Assembly (NCBI RefSeq): GCF_963675585.2
Contig: NZ_CAXXWU010000003.1
Location: 529,087 to 593,086, forward strand
DNA: 64,000 nt
Direction of reading: 5' to 3'
Source: an uncultured Draconibacterium sp.
Lineage (GTDB): Bacteria; Bacteroidota; Bacteroidia; Bacteroidales; Prolixibacteraceae
The notes under the pieces are model-generated. The model had not been told where the DNA came from. It worked only from the letters and a program-made list of their open reading frames with translations, and did no database searches. Of this stretch, positions 1 through 12,800 are shown one piece after another. The translations under genes and the position numbers were made by a program. The stretch's first letter is position 1, and each line of letters begins with the position of its first letter.

Positions 1-1
1 C

Positions 2-1069
2 CCCAACTGGGATGGAATGCGAGCCATTCTTATAAACGCCAATTATCCTACCCGGTCGGTTGAAGAAAATCTGGCCGATTTAAATGCAGCTTTGGCAGCC
101 AATAAAAATGGAGTGGAGGCTTTGCTTGGGTTAATAACAAATCATGGAAAAGAAACAGTTCAAAAATACCTTGACTTGCTGCGCGAACATGCCTCATCAA
201 AAATGAGGGCAACACTCAATAAGTTTCAGAATGGAACGTATTCTGCCACCGAATTTCTGGACGATGGTTCTCCGCTAAAAGTAAATATCGAACTGAATAA
301 CGGCAACTGTAGGATTGATTTTACCGGAAGTGCACCGGTGCACAATGGCAATATGAATGCCACCGAAGCCATTGTAAAAAGTGTAAGTATTTATGTTTTA
401 CGCCTGTTATTAAACGAGCCAATCCCGCTTAACGACGGTTTGCTTGAGCCCGTAAATTTTATTCTTCCAACCAGCCTGCTTAATCCCGATTTTAGCGATG
501 ATCCTGCTTTTTGTCCTGCGGTTGTTGGAGGAAATGTTGAAATCAGTCAACGCCTGACCGACACTTTGCTAAAAGCCTTTGGAGTTGTTGCAGCCAGCCA
601 GGGTACCATGAACAACACCCTGTTTGGCAACGATAATTTTGGCTATTACGAAACCATTTGTGGGGGTTGCGGAGCCGGAGATGGTTTTAACGGAGCCAGT
701 GCTGTTCATCATCACATGACTAATACCCGAATCACCGATCCTGAAATTCTGGAGTTTCGTTACCCGGTTCGTCTGGAAGAATTCAGCATTCGAAAAAACT
801 CGGGAGGAAAAGGAAAATGGACAGGTGGCGATGGCATTAAACGGATAATTAAGTTTCTCGAGCCGGTAAATCTTTCTGTATTGTCACAGCGCCGGAACTC
901 GGGCCCATACGGACTAGATGGCGGAAAGAGCGGCAAAGCCGGTAATCAGAAAATTATTCGAAAAAACGGAGAGGAATTTACACTTGATTCCATCCAAAAT
1001 GTAAATATCGAAAAAGGCGAAACATTTGTTATTGAAACACCCGGCGGCGGAGGTTTTGGAGAGGCATAA
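2..1069 (+). CDS. hydantoinase B/oxoprolinase family protein, C-terminal portion (gene starts upstream of the window)
   Basis: The frame is open from nt 2 with no stop before the first ATG at 17, so the window edge truncates the gene. The translation (NANYPTRSVEENLADLNAALAANKNG, GGNVEISQRLTD, TNTRITDPEILEFRYPV, ETPGGGGFG) fits my recollection of the HyuB/5-oxoprolinase C-terminal region. Confidence 0.8.
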   Translation, partial: PNWDGMRAILINANYPTRSVEENLADLNAALAANKNGVEALLGLITNHGKETVQKYLDLLREHASSKMRATLNKFQNGTYSATEFLDDGSPLKVNIELNNGNCRIDFTGSAPVHNGNMNATEAIVKSVSIYVLRLLLNEPIPLNDGLLEPVNFILPTSLLNPDFSDDPAFCPAVVGGNVEISQRLTDTLLKAFGVVAASQGTMNNTLFGNDNFGYYETICGGCGAGDGFNGASAVHHHMTNTRITDPEILEFRYPVRLEEFSIRKNSGGKGKWTGGDGIKRIIKFLEPVNLSVLSQRRNSGPYGLDGGKSGKAGNQKIIRKNGEEFTLDSIQNVNIEKGETFVIETPGGGGFGEA

Positions 1070-1160
1070 GCAGCGGCTGTTTGCGAATGGAGATAAAAAT
1101 TGGATTGGTATTGCCTACTTTACATAAATCAGTACCTTTAGAAAAAAAATTACCTTCACT

Positions 1161-1862
1161 ATGACACGCTTTCTTCTTTCAGGCCTGTTTCTTTTTTTGA
1201 CATTGAGCCTTGTTGCCCAGGAAAACTCATTCATCACAATTGGTGTTGGGTACCCATTTATTACGGGAGCCAAAGTATCTGACAATGCACACTACGATTA
1301 CAACATTAACAGCGGCAATTATAACTTGTTTCTGGAGAAAGAACTCAAATTGCTAAAAAAAACACCGCAGATCCTGCTTACTCCGGGCTTGGCTTTCACA
1401 GGAATAAAGGAAACATACAAACTTGAAGCTTTAGGCGGAGGTGGCGATGGCGACTTTCAACATCGTGCATTCAGCACCTATTTAAAAGTGATTTATGAAA
1501 TCGACCGCCAGCCCTATGTTGTAACAGACTATTATTTTGGAGTACATGCCGGCTGCTACATAAACTCTAAAACAACCGGTTCAACATCTTCGTGGCAACT
1601 TAATCCCGATGGTGGAAAATATACAAACAGCGAAGAAATTGACAAAAGCGGCAACGATTTTTTTCATTTAAACTACTTCGGAATTATAGCAGGAATCAGA
1701 CCACTGGGAGATGCCGAAAACTTTTTAAAACCCACTATTGAACTTGCCTTTTATCCTTCGTTTGCAACCCTCAACTCGTATTACAATAACCTTGATGAAA
1801 AGAAAAGTATGTTTCAAATCTCCATTGGTATAGTTGTGGGCAAGAAACCGAAGACCAACTAA
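1161..1862 (+). CDS. hypothetical secreted / outer-membrane protein (possible small beta-barrel)
   Basis: This is a 233-aa ORF with an N-terminal signal peptide (MTRFLLSGLFLFLTLSLVAQ). It has alternating hydrophobic/polar segments rich in Y/F/G. I recognised no family. Confidence 0.6.
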   Translation: MTRFLLSGLFLFLTLSLVAQENSFITIGVGYPFITGAKVSDNAHYDYNINSGNYNLFLEKELKLLKKTPQILLTPGLAFTGIKETYKLEALGGGGDGDFQHRAFSTYLKVIYEIDRQPYVVTDYYFGVHAGCYINSKTTGSTSSWQLNPDGGKYTNSEEIDKSGNDFFHLNYFGIIAGIRPLGDAENFLKPTIELAFYPSFATLNSYYNNLDEKKSMFQISIGIVVGKKPKTN

Positions 1863-1935
1863 ATAAAATATTCCTGTTTGCCATTTTAAGTCATTCTGAT
1901 ATCTTTACCCACTAATTAAGTGAAAAATCAGACCT

Positions 1936-3099
1936 ATGGAGACACCTTTTCTGGCGCTTATCATTCTATTTATTATCACCCCGCTTATTGTAATTTACTT
2001 AGAAGGTCGTTTTTCGATTTTGAAAAAAATAGGTGCCGTGTTAATCTGTTATGGTGTAGGTTTGATAATTGGGAATATGGATATTTTGCCAGAAGGTGCA
2101 GAAACCTATCAAAACCTTCTTACTGAAATTACCATACCACTCTCACTTCCATTAATTCTTTTTTCAGTTGATGTAAAAGCCTGGATTAAAATGGCGCGTT
2201 CGGCTTTTATGGCCTTTCTCACCGGATTGGTTTCGGTACTGATTGTTATTATTGCCGGATATTTCATTTTTTACGGCAGCATCGAAAACATTTGGCAGGT
2301 TTCGGGAATGTTGGTTGGCGTTTACACCGGCGGAACCCCCAATATGGCAGCCATGAAAACTGCACTTGATGTTTCGCAGGAATTGTACATTATGACCCAC
2401 ACCTACGACATGACTTTGGGTGCCATTTATCTTGTTTTTATTTTGTCGGTGGGGCAAAAAGTATTTCTCTGGTTTTTGCCTGCTTATAAACCACTTAAAA
2501 TCCAGAATTCCACCGACCAGATTAATACCGAAGAAGAATTTGAATCGTATGATGGAATGCTAAAAAAACAAACCTTACTTCCATTGCTGGTTGCGCTGGG
2601 TTTATCGGTTACCATTTTAGGAGTAAGTTATGCAATTAGTTTACTGGTACCGAAAGAATATTCTACCGCTGTTATCATTCTGCTAATAACCTCTTTCGGA
2701 ATTGGCTTATCCTTTGTCCCCAGAATCAAAGCCATAAAAAAAACATTCCAGCTGGGTATGTACCTCATCCTTATTTTTAGTTTAACGGTAGCCTCAATGG
2801 CCGATATAAGTAAATTATCAGACATTTCGTTTTCACTGTTTTATTACGTTGCTTTGGCAGTTTACGGTTCGCACATTATTCATATCATTCTGGCACGTAT
2901 TTTTAAAATCGATGCCGACACAGTAATTATCTCGACAAGTGCACTTATTTGTTCGCCACCTTTTGTACCTGTTGTTGCCGGAGCATTAAAAAACAAAGAA
3001 ATTATTTTAACCGGTTTGGTGGTTGGAATTGCAGGTTATGCCATCGGAAATTATCTGGGTGTTTTAATCGCATATCTTTTAAAAGCAATGCCCGTTTAA
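1936..3099 (+). CDS. polytopic integral membrane protein, DUF819-like
   Basis: This 387-aa ORF is hydrophobic throughout, with about 10-12 predicted TM segments. Its size and N-terminus resemble DUF819 family proteins as I remember them. The overlapping 1920-2126 ORF lies in another frame and is ignored. Confidence 0.6.
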   Translation: METPFLALIILFIITPLIVIYLEGRFSILKKIGAVLICYGVGLIIGNMDILPEGAETYQNLLTEITIPLSLPLILFSVDVKAWIKMARSAFMAFLTGLVSVLIVIIAGYFIFYGSIENIWQVSGMLVGVYTGGTPNMAAMKTALDVSQELYIMTHTYDMTLGAIYLVFILSVGQKVFLWFLPAYKPLKIQNSTDQINTEEEFESYDGMLKKQTLLPLLVALGLSVTILGVSYAISLLVPKEYSTAVIILLITSFGIGLSFVPRIKAIKKTFQLGMYLILIFSLTVASMADISKLSDISFSLFYYVALAVYGSHIIHIILARIFKIDADTVIISTSALICSPPFVPVVAGALKNKEIILTGLVVGIAGYAIGNYLGVLIAYLLKAMPV

Positions 3100-3537
3100 A
3101 TTTTTCTGTTTAACCAAATATTGCAAAATTGTATACGTAAAAAACACCACGATTCTGAAATCAAATACTCATTTTAGAACTCTTTATATTTCTAAGAATG
3201 CATTCATTTATACTTTAGATTAACATAATTTCATATTTTCCAAATTTTAAAATTGCAATACTACTTTGTTAATTATCACTGCACAATGCCCTTTAATTAT
3301 CGTTAGGTTTTAAAAAAACGTTCTGCCAAACAACTCAATACTCCTATCATCATAACTAAAATATGAAAGCATTAAAGAGTTAATTACAAAGAAGATTAGA
3401 ATTATCTACTCTCTAATTCTCAACCACATATAGTATTGCGGAATTTGATGCTAATAAGCATTTTACATAAAAGTGAAAAAATTAAAAAACTTATCTTTCG
3501 GTACAATTTTATACTAAAACAAATTGACAACAAACAG

Positions 3538-3545
3538 TACATTTG
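3538..3545 (+). promoter_or_regulatory. candidate Bacteroidota -7 promoter box (TACATTTG = TAnnTTTG) in the leader of the giant gene
   Basis: This is an exact match to the TAnnTTTG consensus, with a TTGACA at 3524-3529 just upstream. It would imply a 5' UTR of about 290 nt. This is a motif match only. Confidence 0.25.
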
Positions 3546-3702
3546 CTGTTTTTTATAAACACTCAACATAGTTCTGATATAAAATCAGCAAATTGCCTAG
3601 TCTCTCTCAGGTCTTTTTCCCCCCACAAATGCGGCACGTGAACCCGCAAAATCAGCACTCATCAAATACTAAATTTCATCATTAATATTTAAAATAGCAT
3701 AA

Positions 3703-3747
3703 GTAAACATTTGCTAAAATCGGGACAAAAAAAGATCAAATGTTTAC
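3703..3747. promoter_or_regulatory. 11-bp perfect inverted repeat (GTAAACATTTG-N23-CAAATGTTTAC) 86 nt upstream of the giant ORF
   Basis: I read it directly: left arm 3703-3713, right arm 3737-3747, with an A-rich 23-nt spacer. It could be an operator for a dimeric regulator or an RNA stem-loop in the leader. Confidence 0.4.
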
Positions 3748-3832
3748 AGAGGGAAGAGCATTAAAATGTCCACAAAACATTCTTACAGGGAATTGTTTTA
3801 GCGATGCCTTCTCCAGTCAACTAAATTAACAT

Positions 3833-6800
3833 ATGATGAAAAAAACACACAATAGACGCCAACTGACGTATGCATTCTCCGAACAAAAATTTCCGACCAT
3901 GATATCAAGTAATTTTCATTTTCCAAAATCTGGAAAATCACATTTCAACACGAAGCTTTTCGTAAGTCTTTTTGTTATTCTTTTTGCGTTTGCAACACAA
4001 TTAAATGCCCAGCAGGCATTTATTACAAACAAAGGAGAAAGTACGATTTGCGAAGGAGAGTCAACAACAATACAAGTTATTATAGGTGCAAGTATTGGGC
4101 CGTACACAATCGTTTATTCCGACGGAACCGATGATTTCACGGTATCCAATTATACGAGTAATGCCAACCCGGAAAGTCCTTTATATGGAGGTGCGGCAAT
4201 ATCTGTTTCGCCAACAACAACTACAAATTACGAACTAATTAGTGTAAAGGATGCAAATAATTTCTCCTTACCCATTAGTTCTGCGCAAGCTACTGTTTCG
4301 GTAAATCCGCTTGTTGCAAATTTAAGTTTAACAGTGAATTCGGGTAATCCGGTTTGTTACAATACCGATTTTGTAGTTAGCTACACCGCTACTTACGATA
4401 GTATTGTAGAATTATGGGATGCCGGAAATACTTCAAAAATTGGCGATCTGCCACAAACAATTTCAATAACCGAAAATACAAATTATAAAATACGCGCATA
4501 CAGTCCAGGCGGATGTTTGATTACCGAAAATTTGGCCGTAACACTTGAAAATGTAAATCCAACGGTTACTTGTCCGGGCGATCAAACTTTAAATCCACTT
4601 TCAAATTGCCAGGTTAGCCTACCCGACTATACAAGTATGGTTACTGCACACGATAATTGTACAGCCGACGGCGCATTAGTAATTTCACAGGCACCGGTTG
4701 CAGGTACAACTTTAAGTGGCGACGGCACAATACAAAACGTTGAAATTACTGTTCGCGATGAAGCCGGAAACGAAGCTACCTGCGATTTTGACGTAACGGT
4801 TACCGACAGCGAGCAGCCTGTTATTAATGGTACTGCCGTAAACGAAACAAAAACAAATACCAGCGGAAATTGTGGTTATGTTGTTTCGGGCGCCGAATAC
4901 GATCCTACTGTTTTAACCGATAATTGTGCCATTGATAAACTTACCTATTCGATTAACGGCGGAACAGAAAATGGTACAAATGCGTCAACAACGCTTGGCT
5001 CTCTACTTTTAGGTGTTGGCGAAAATGCAATTGTTTGGACTGCCTACGACACCCATGGAAATACCGCAACATGGAGTGTAACAATAACCGTTGAAGACAA
5101 AGAAAATCCAACTTTCGATAATTGTCCGGGGGCACAAAATTTAACAAGCAATTCAGCAGACTGTAATGCGGTTTTGCCCAATTACATTAGTTTATTAAGT
5201 ATTGCTGCCAGCGATAATTGTACCGAATCGGGTACTATCTCACTTTCGCAATCGCCGGTTGCTACCACTGTATTAACTGGCGGGCATGGTTCAACTCAGC
5301 TGGTAACAATTACTGCTGAAGATGAATATGGCAACTCTGCCGACTGTCAGTTTACGGTAACTGTTAACGACGAAACCAACCCAAGTATTACCAACTTACC
5401 TTCAAATATTTCAGCAACTAACGATATTGATGAATGTGGTGCAGTGATATCATGGACAGCACCAACAGCTGATGACAATTGTACAGGATCGACTATTTCG
5501 CAAATTGCAGGACCGGCGAGCGAAACACTTTTCCCGGTTGGAGAGACTACAATTACCTACCGGGCGGAAGATCTGGCCGGCAATATACACGACGAAAGTT
5601 TTACAGTTACCATTACCGATAATCAAAATCCTGTAATTAGTTGCCCCGGAAATATTTCAGTTGGAGTGGACAGTGGTGAAAATTTTGCAACCGTTAGTTT
5701 CACCGCTCCGGAAGGCATCGACAATTGCGCAGGAGCAAGCACCGTTCAAACAACCGGACTTGCAAGTAATTCTCAATTTCCGGTAGGAACAACAATAAAT
5801 ACTTTTATAGTAACCGATGCTGCAGGTAATAAAGATACCTGCAGTTTTGACGTAAGTGTATCGGACGATGGCGCACCTGTTATAATTGACTGCCCTGAAA
5901 ACATAACAGTAAATAACGACGAAGGAAATTGCGATGCAGTAGTTAGCTGGACAGAACCAACAGCAAGCGACAATGCCACGTTAACGGAAAATTTGGTTTG
6001 GGACAAGTCGCACACTCCGGGAAGTACTTTCCCTGTGGGAACAACAACTGTTACCTACACCGTAACCGATGAATCGGGAAACACAAGTACTCCTTGTAGT
6101 TTTACAATAACTGTAAACGACAACGAAAAGCCTGTAATTTCAAATTGTCCGGCCAATATTTCGCGCACAAGTGCTGCCGGATCATGCTCGGCAAATGTAA
6201 ACTGGACAGAACCAACTGTTAGCGACAATTGCACTTCATCAGCAAATATTGTTTGGGAAAAAAGTCATGAACCCGGCGATTTATTTAATGTTGGTGTTAC
6301 TTCTGTAACCTACGTAGCTAAAGATGAAAACGACAATGTAAGCGACACATGCAGGTTCACAATTACCGTGCGCGACGACCAAAAACCAGTAATCGCCAAT
6401 TGTCCTTCAAATATTACCCAGGCAGTGGATGAAGGCGAATGCGACGCACTTGTTACATGGACTGCACCAACCGCCACCGATAATTGTACATCAAGTGACA
6501 ATCTGATTTGGACCATTTCGCCTGAACCAAATTCACCGTTTTCGGTGGGAACAACTACTGTAACTTACAGCGTTAAAGATTCTTCCAATAACACCAGCGC
6601 TGTTTGTTCATTCGATGTTACCGTAACCGACAGCGAAAATCCAACTGCAGTTTGTAACAATCTGACGATTTATCTTGATGCATCCGGCGAGGCAACCATT
6701 TCGGCCACTGATATCAATAATAATTCAAGCGACAACTGTACCAGTGCAGCCAACCTCGACTTAAGTATCAATAAATCAACCTTCACTTGTTCGAATCTGG

Positions 6801-9800
6801 GAGCAAACACTGTTGTTTTAACTGTTGACGACGAATCGGGCAATACAAACACTTGTAATTCTACAGTTACAGTTCTCGATACCATTCCTCCTGTAATTGT
6901 AAGTAAAGCCACAACACAAAACGGCACGGTATATACCGACGCAGATGCTTGCGACTACACAGTAAAAGGAAGCGAATTTGATCCGACCTTAACCGACAAC
7001 TGTTCAGGTGCAACTTTAAGTTATACTGTAAGCGGAGCTACTACATTAAGTGGTACCGGTTCGATGATTGGCGAAAGCCTGAATCCGGGGGTAAATACCA
7101 TAAGCTGGACAGCTGTTGATGGCAGTGGAACACCAACTGCCACTGCTTTTGTATTTACAAAAACCGTTGTTGACAATCAGGAGCCAACCCTCTCAAGTAT
7201 TCCGAACCAATACAGAAGTGCAACAACAGGATGCGCCTATGTGGCTGTTGGAAATGAATTTGATCCAACTGCATCGGATAATTGCGGCGAAGCCGAATTA
7301 ACACTTGAATACAAAATTAACAGCGGCGACTGGACAGAAGGAACAACACTGGCCGGCACTCCCCTGCCGCTTGGAACTACAACCATAAACTGGAGAGCCA
7401 GCGACGGAGTCAATACAAAAACCATTTTATTCAGAGTTGAAGTTGTGGATGAAACCGCACCGGTTATTTCTACAATTAGCAACATGAATGTATCAGTAAG
7501 TTCGGGTTGTGCGGTTGCAGTAAGCTGGACCGAACCAACCGTAAGCGACAATTGCGACTCATCTCCACTACTTTCAAAAATCTCAGGACCGGTAAAGGGT
7601 GGTTTATTAAACATTGGCGTTTACACCGTTAAATACCAGGCCATTGATACTGATGACAATGTATCTGAAATGCAGTTTACAATTACTGTTACCGATCCAA
7701 CACCACCAAGTATTACCTGTGCTTCCGGAAGTACTGAGCTTGCTCCTTTTGAAGAAAACACCGACGATGGGTTGTGCTTTTTCCAGGTTCCCGACCTCAG
7801 ATTTAATCCTGAAGTGGTTTCCGATGAATGTTCGTATACATTAACTAATAGTTTTGACCACACAAATACACTTCTTGGTAAACAACTTCCTGTTGGAGAA
7901 TATCCAATTGTATGGACAGTTGTGGATTATTCTGGAAATACAAACAGCTGTACGATTTATGTCAAAATAATCGACAATCAATATCCGACATTTACAATTG
8001 CCTCTGAACATTTTGAAAGAAATACCGATCCGGGCGAATGTTTTTACACTGTTCCAAATCCAATTTTCGATCCTTCCGATCTTTCTGACAATTGTGAAAT
8101 TGACACTGTTTATTATGAAATTTCAGGCGGTGCCTACTCTACACCACAAACCGGTGCAAATACACTATCGGGCCATCAAATACCACCAAGTGCAAACGAT
8201 TATTCGATAAAATGGACAGTTGTTGACAGCTATGGTTTAACTGTTGAGTCTACTCCTTTTACTTTAAATGTTTCCGACAATCAGGCACCAACCTTTACCT
8301 GCTACGGAAATGTCAGCCGCCAGGCCATTGATGGTTCTTGCGAATATACAATCGTAGGTGCTGAGCTCGATCCAACAGACTTGTCGGACAACTGCGATGC
8401 TAACGAAGATATTACTTTGGCCTACACGATTAACGGGACACCGGGCGTTGGCGAAACGCTGGATGGCACCACTCTATCCACCGGACCATACACCATTGTT
8501 TGGACAGCCACTGACACAAAGGGCAACTCACAGAATTGTACCTATAAATTATTCATTTATGACGGCCAGGCACCCACAATATCAACCATAAACGCCCAAT
8601 CGAGAGATGTGGATCCGGGCAAGTGTTACTACGAAGCACACGACGGAGAATTTGATCCGACTTCTACTGATAACTGCGGTGCTGTAACCTTAGTTAACAT
8701 GCTTAACAATGGTACTTCACTCAACGGATACCAGTTCCCCGTTGGACCTACCACTGTAATTTGGCGTGCAACCGATGGTTCTGGCGATACAGAAGAAATG
8801 GAGTTTGTTGTAACCGTTATTGAAAACGAGCCACCTACATTTGATCTGGCAAGCACTCTCACACGTGAGGCTGTTAGTTCATGTTCGTATACTACAGTTG
8901 GTACTGAATTCGACCCAACCAATTTAGACGACAATTGTAGTGGTGTTTTCAGCAAAACAAACGACTACAACAACTATAAAACACTGGCCGACGCAGTTTT
9001 CCCTGTTGGAACCACTACCGTAACATGGACTGTAACCGACCAGCGACTTAATTCGCACCAGGAAACAATTGACATTGTAATAGAAGACAACACTGCACCG
9101 GAAATAAATTGTCCGGAGAACTCATATGTGAGAGTAGTTGATGCAGGACAAAATTATTACACAGTTGGTGTAAACGAGTTTAAACCGGTGGTAAGCGAAA
9201 ACTGTACACTAACTTCGTACACCCACAATTACAACGGTGGAGGAACATCTTTGAACGGAATTCAACTTCCTGAAGGTTCTCACACCATTCAATGGACCGC
9301 AATCGATAACCACGGCAATCAATCATCGTGCAATGTTGTTGTACACATCGTTTCATCGATATACCCGCCAATTACATGTCATGGCGACGCCTATGTACCA
9401 GTTGACGCAGGAGAATGTGATTATACAATTACAGGCACAGCCTACGATGCAACATCAACGTCTTCAGTTGCAACTCTGTCTCACGATTATGGTTCGGGAG
9501 GTTCAACCTTAAACGGAACAGTATTATCTGTCGGAACCCACCACATTACCTGGACAGCCTCTCAAACAATTGGTGAAAACACCTACGAAACAAGCTGTGA
9601 GTTTTACATTACAATTTACGACAATCAAGATCCTACAATTACTGCACCCGACGATATTACAATCAATTCCAATTCGGGCTGTTACGCCACCGGAGTTAAC
9701 CTGGGTACACCCATAACCGACGACAACTGCGGAGTATCATCGACCTGGAACAATGCGCCTTCTTCTTATTATTTAGGAACCACCAACGTTACCTGGTGGA

Positions 9801-12800
9801 TAAGCGATTCGTATGGAAATGAAGTAAGTGCAGTTCAAAAAGTAACTGTTTTAGACGATGATGCACCTGTTGTAAGTTGTGTTGGCGATGTTTGCCGCGA
9901 AGCCGACGACCCAACCGCAACTCATTACAGTGTTAATGGTACTGAACTTGATAAGTATTCGTACTACGATTGTTCAAGTGTAACAATTACCAACAGTTAC
10001 AACGGATCAAATTCTTTGGCCGGTGAAAATATACCTGTTGGAGATCACTCGATTACCTGGACGTTTACCGACGCAGCAACTAATGTTTCTTCCTGTACCA
10101 TGAATTTGAGCATTTACAGTACAGAAGCTCCTTCGGTAACCTGCCGTACTGATATTTGGGTAGCTACAAATGAAGGTGTTTGTTCGTATACTGTTAATGG
10201 AGCAGAGTATGATGTAGCCTATTATTCAGCAGGTGGCGCAACATTAACAAATAACATAAACGGAACAGCAACTCTGGCAGGCGAAGTTTTGACAAGGGGA
10301 CCGCACGACATTATTTGGACTGCGACAGAAAATGGTTTTTCGAATACCTGTTGTACGTATACGATTACTGTTTACGACAACGAAGATCCAGTTCCAACAT
10401 GGCCGGATGATGTTACTGTTGATGCCGATGCAGGAACATGCCAGGCAACAAATGTACCGGTGGGTACACCATCATTTACCGACAATTGTGATGCTCCTGA
10501 AGCTGTCGTTTACAGCAGAACTCCTTCAGGAACCACATTTTCGGTGGGCACACACACCATTTACTGGACAGCACACGACACCCATGGCAATTACATTTCT
10601 CACAACCAAACCATAACTGTTAACGACGTTGAAAGTCCTGTAATTGATTGTCCGAGCAATCGTTATTACCTTGAGTTTGACAATTTATCAGTTGACTACG
10701 CTTCAATTTATGGTACCTCATCGTACCGTCCAACAGTAACCGAAGACTGTTCGTTAACTTCTTATGTTCACGATTACGATGGTGGCGGAACATCACTACA
10801 TGGCGAAAGACTTTCAATTGGCGACCACGCCATTACATGGACAGCGACCGATGCCAGTGACAACACCGACAATTGTACCATTAACTTTACCATTTACGAT
10901 TCTTTTGATCCGCTTATTAGTTGTGTTGAAGATCAAACCTTGTTCTCAACAGAAGGAGAATGTGGATATCTTGTTGCCGCTGACGAACTGGATGCCGTTT
11001 ACACATCACTCTCTGTAGTGCCGGGACGTACACTCACACACGATTACGCCGAAGCTTCTTCGAATACAACCCTAGCCGGAGAAATACTTCCTCCCGGTCA
11101 ACATATTATTACATGGACTGCGGCTCAAACCATCGATGGAACAGAGTACACAAAATCATGCACCACAATTATAGATGTAATTGATACAATTGCACCAACA
11201 GTTGATCCATGGCCCGAAGACATTACAACAACCATCGATCCCGGGAAATGCTATGCATCAGGAGTTGATTTAGGAACACCCAATGCTTCAGATAACTGTG
11301 ACATTGGCGACTTAACCACAGTTACAAATGCTCCGGCTCAATTCGAATTAGGAACCACACGAGTTGTATGGAGAATATATGATACCGATGGCAATCAAAC
11401 CACACATACACAAAATGTAACGGTAACCGACAATGAAGCACCAGTATTTGCAAATTGTCCTTCAAATATTGTTCTAATTTCAGGAGAAGACAACTGCGAA
11501 GCAGTAGCCAACTGGATTCCGCCAACAGTTTCAGACTCATGTAGCGGGATTAAAAGCCTTCTACCAAATTACCCTCCAGGTACTTCTTTCCCGCTTGGAA
11601 TTGATACAATAGTATATACAGCAACCGATTTTAGTGATAATGTATCCACCTGTTCGTTTACTGTAACTGTAAACGACGAAGCACCTACCATTACCTGTAT
11701 TGAAGATCAAACACGTAATACAAATCCAAACACCTGTAGCTATAAAGTTCTGGGTAATGAATTCGATCCGGAATCGTATTCCGACAATTGTGGAATTGCA
11801 TCCAGGACTTATTCTTTAACCGATGCAACCGGATTAAAAACAGGAAGCAATTCACTTTCGGGAGTAATAATCGAACGTCCGGATAATATCGCAGGCGAAG
11901 TGGTTCCGGTAGAAATTACCTGGATAGTTACCGATGCCAGTGGTTTAGCCGATACTTGTACTTTTAGTTTATCAATTGAAGACAATGAGGGACCTGTTAT
12001 TTCGGTACCCGGCAACCAGGTACGTAGCACCGATCCGGGTAAAAATTACTACACCATTCAGGGCGACGAGTTCGACGATGTTGTAGCTTCCGATGCATGT
12101 GGTATTGTTACCAAACTTGAAAACGAGTTTGAACTGGAATCATTGGATGGCCAAATCTTACATCTTGGCAACGATAGTATTATGTGGTATGCCATTGACG
12201 ATTATGGCAACCGAAGCGAAGCTGCCTTTATCATTCTGATAAAAGATACCGAAGCTCCAACAATTGAAACCACACCTGGCGATTTTACAGTCTATACTTC
12301 CGGGTCGTGCGAGGCAGTTGTAACTTACACCGCGCCAACGTTTGCCGACAATGTGGATGGAAGTGGTTTGGCCGGAACTTTGGTTTCTGAATCGAATACC
12401 GCTTCAGGCGAAACTTTCCCAATCGGTGAAACAGATGTTACTTTTGTTTATACCGATGCGGCTGGAAATACACTCAGTCATACATTCACTGTTACTGTGG
12501 TTGACAATGAAGATCCTTATATTGTTTGTCCGGTTGGTTCACCTTTCTCCGATACCACAGATATCGACAAAGCGTATTACACCGTTCAGGGTACCGAATA
12601 CGATCCAACTTCATACGGCGACAACTGCGGCGCAAGCATTGTGAACGATTTTAACAACCTTCCATCGCTAAGCGGAGCTCGTTTACCTGTTGGACAAACT
12701 GTAATTACATGGACAATTACTGATTCTTACGGTGCAACACAAGATTGTGCCATTACAGTGAATGTAGCCGACATTCAGGCTCCGGAGCCACCAAGTTGCC

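Noticed and set aside
1920-2126. A 68-aa ORF overlaps the 5' end of the DUF819-like gene in another frame.
   Set aside because: It is an out-of-frame overlap with a 387-aa membrane protein whose TM pattern starts at residue 1. The translation is Cys/Arg/Tyr-rich and looks like noise.
3629-3685. An 18-codon mini-ORF (MRHVNPQNQHSSNTKFHH) lies in the giant-gene leader.
   Set aside because: It is too short to support from sequence alone. I note it only as a possible leader peptide to examine if Ribo-seq data exist.
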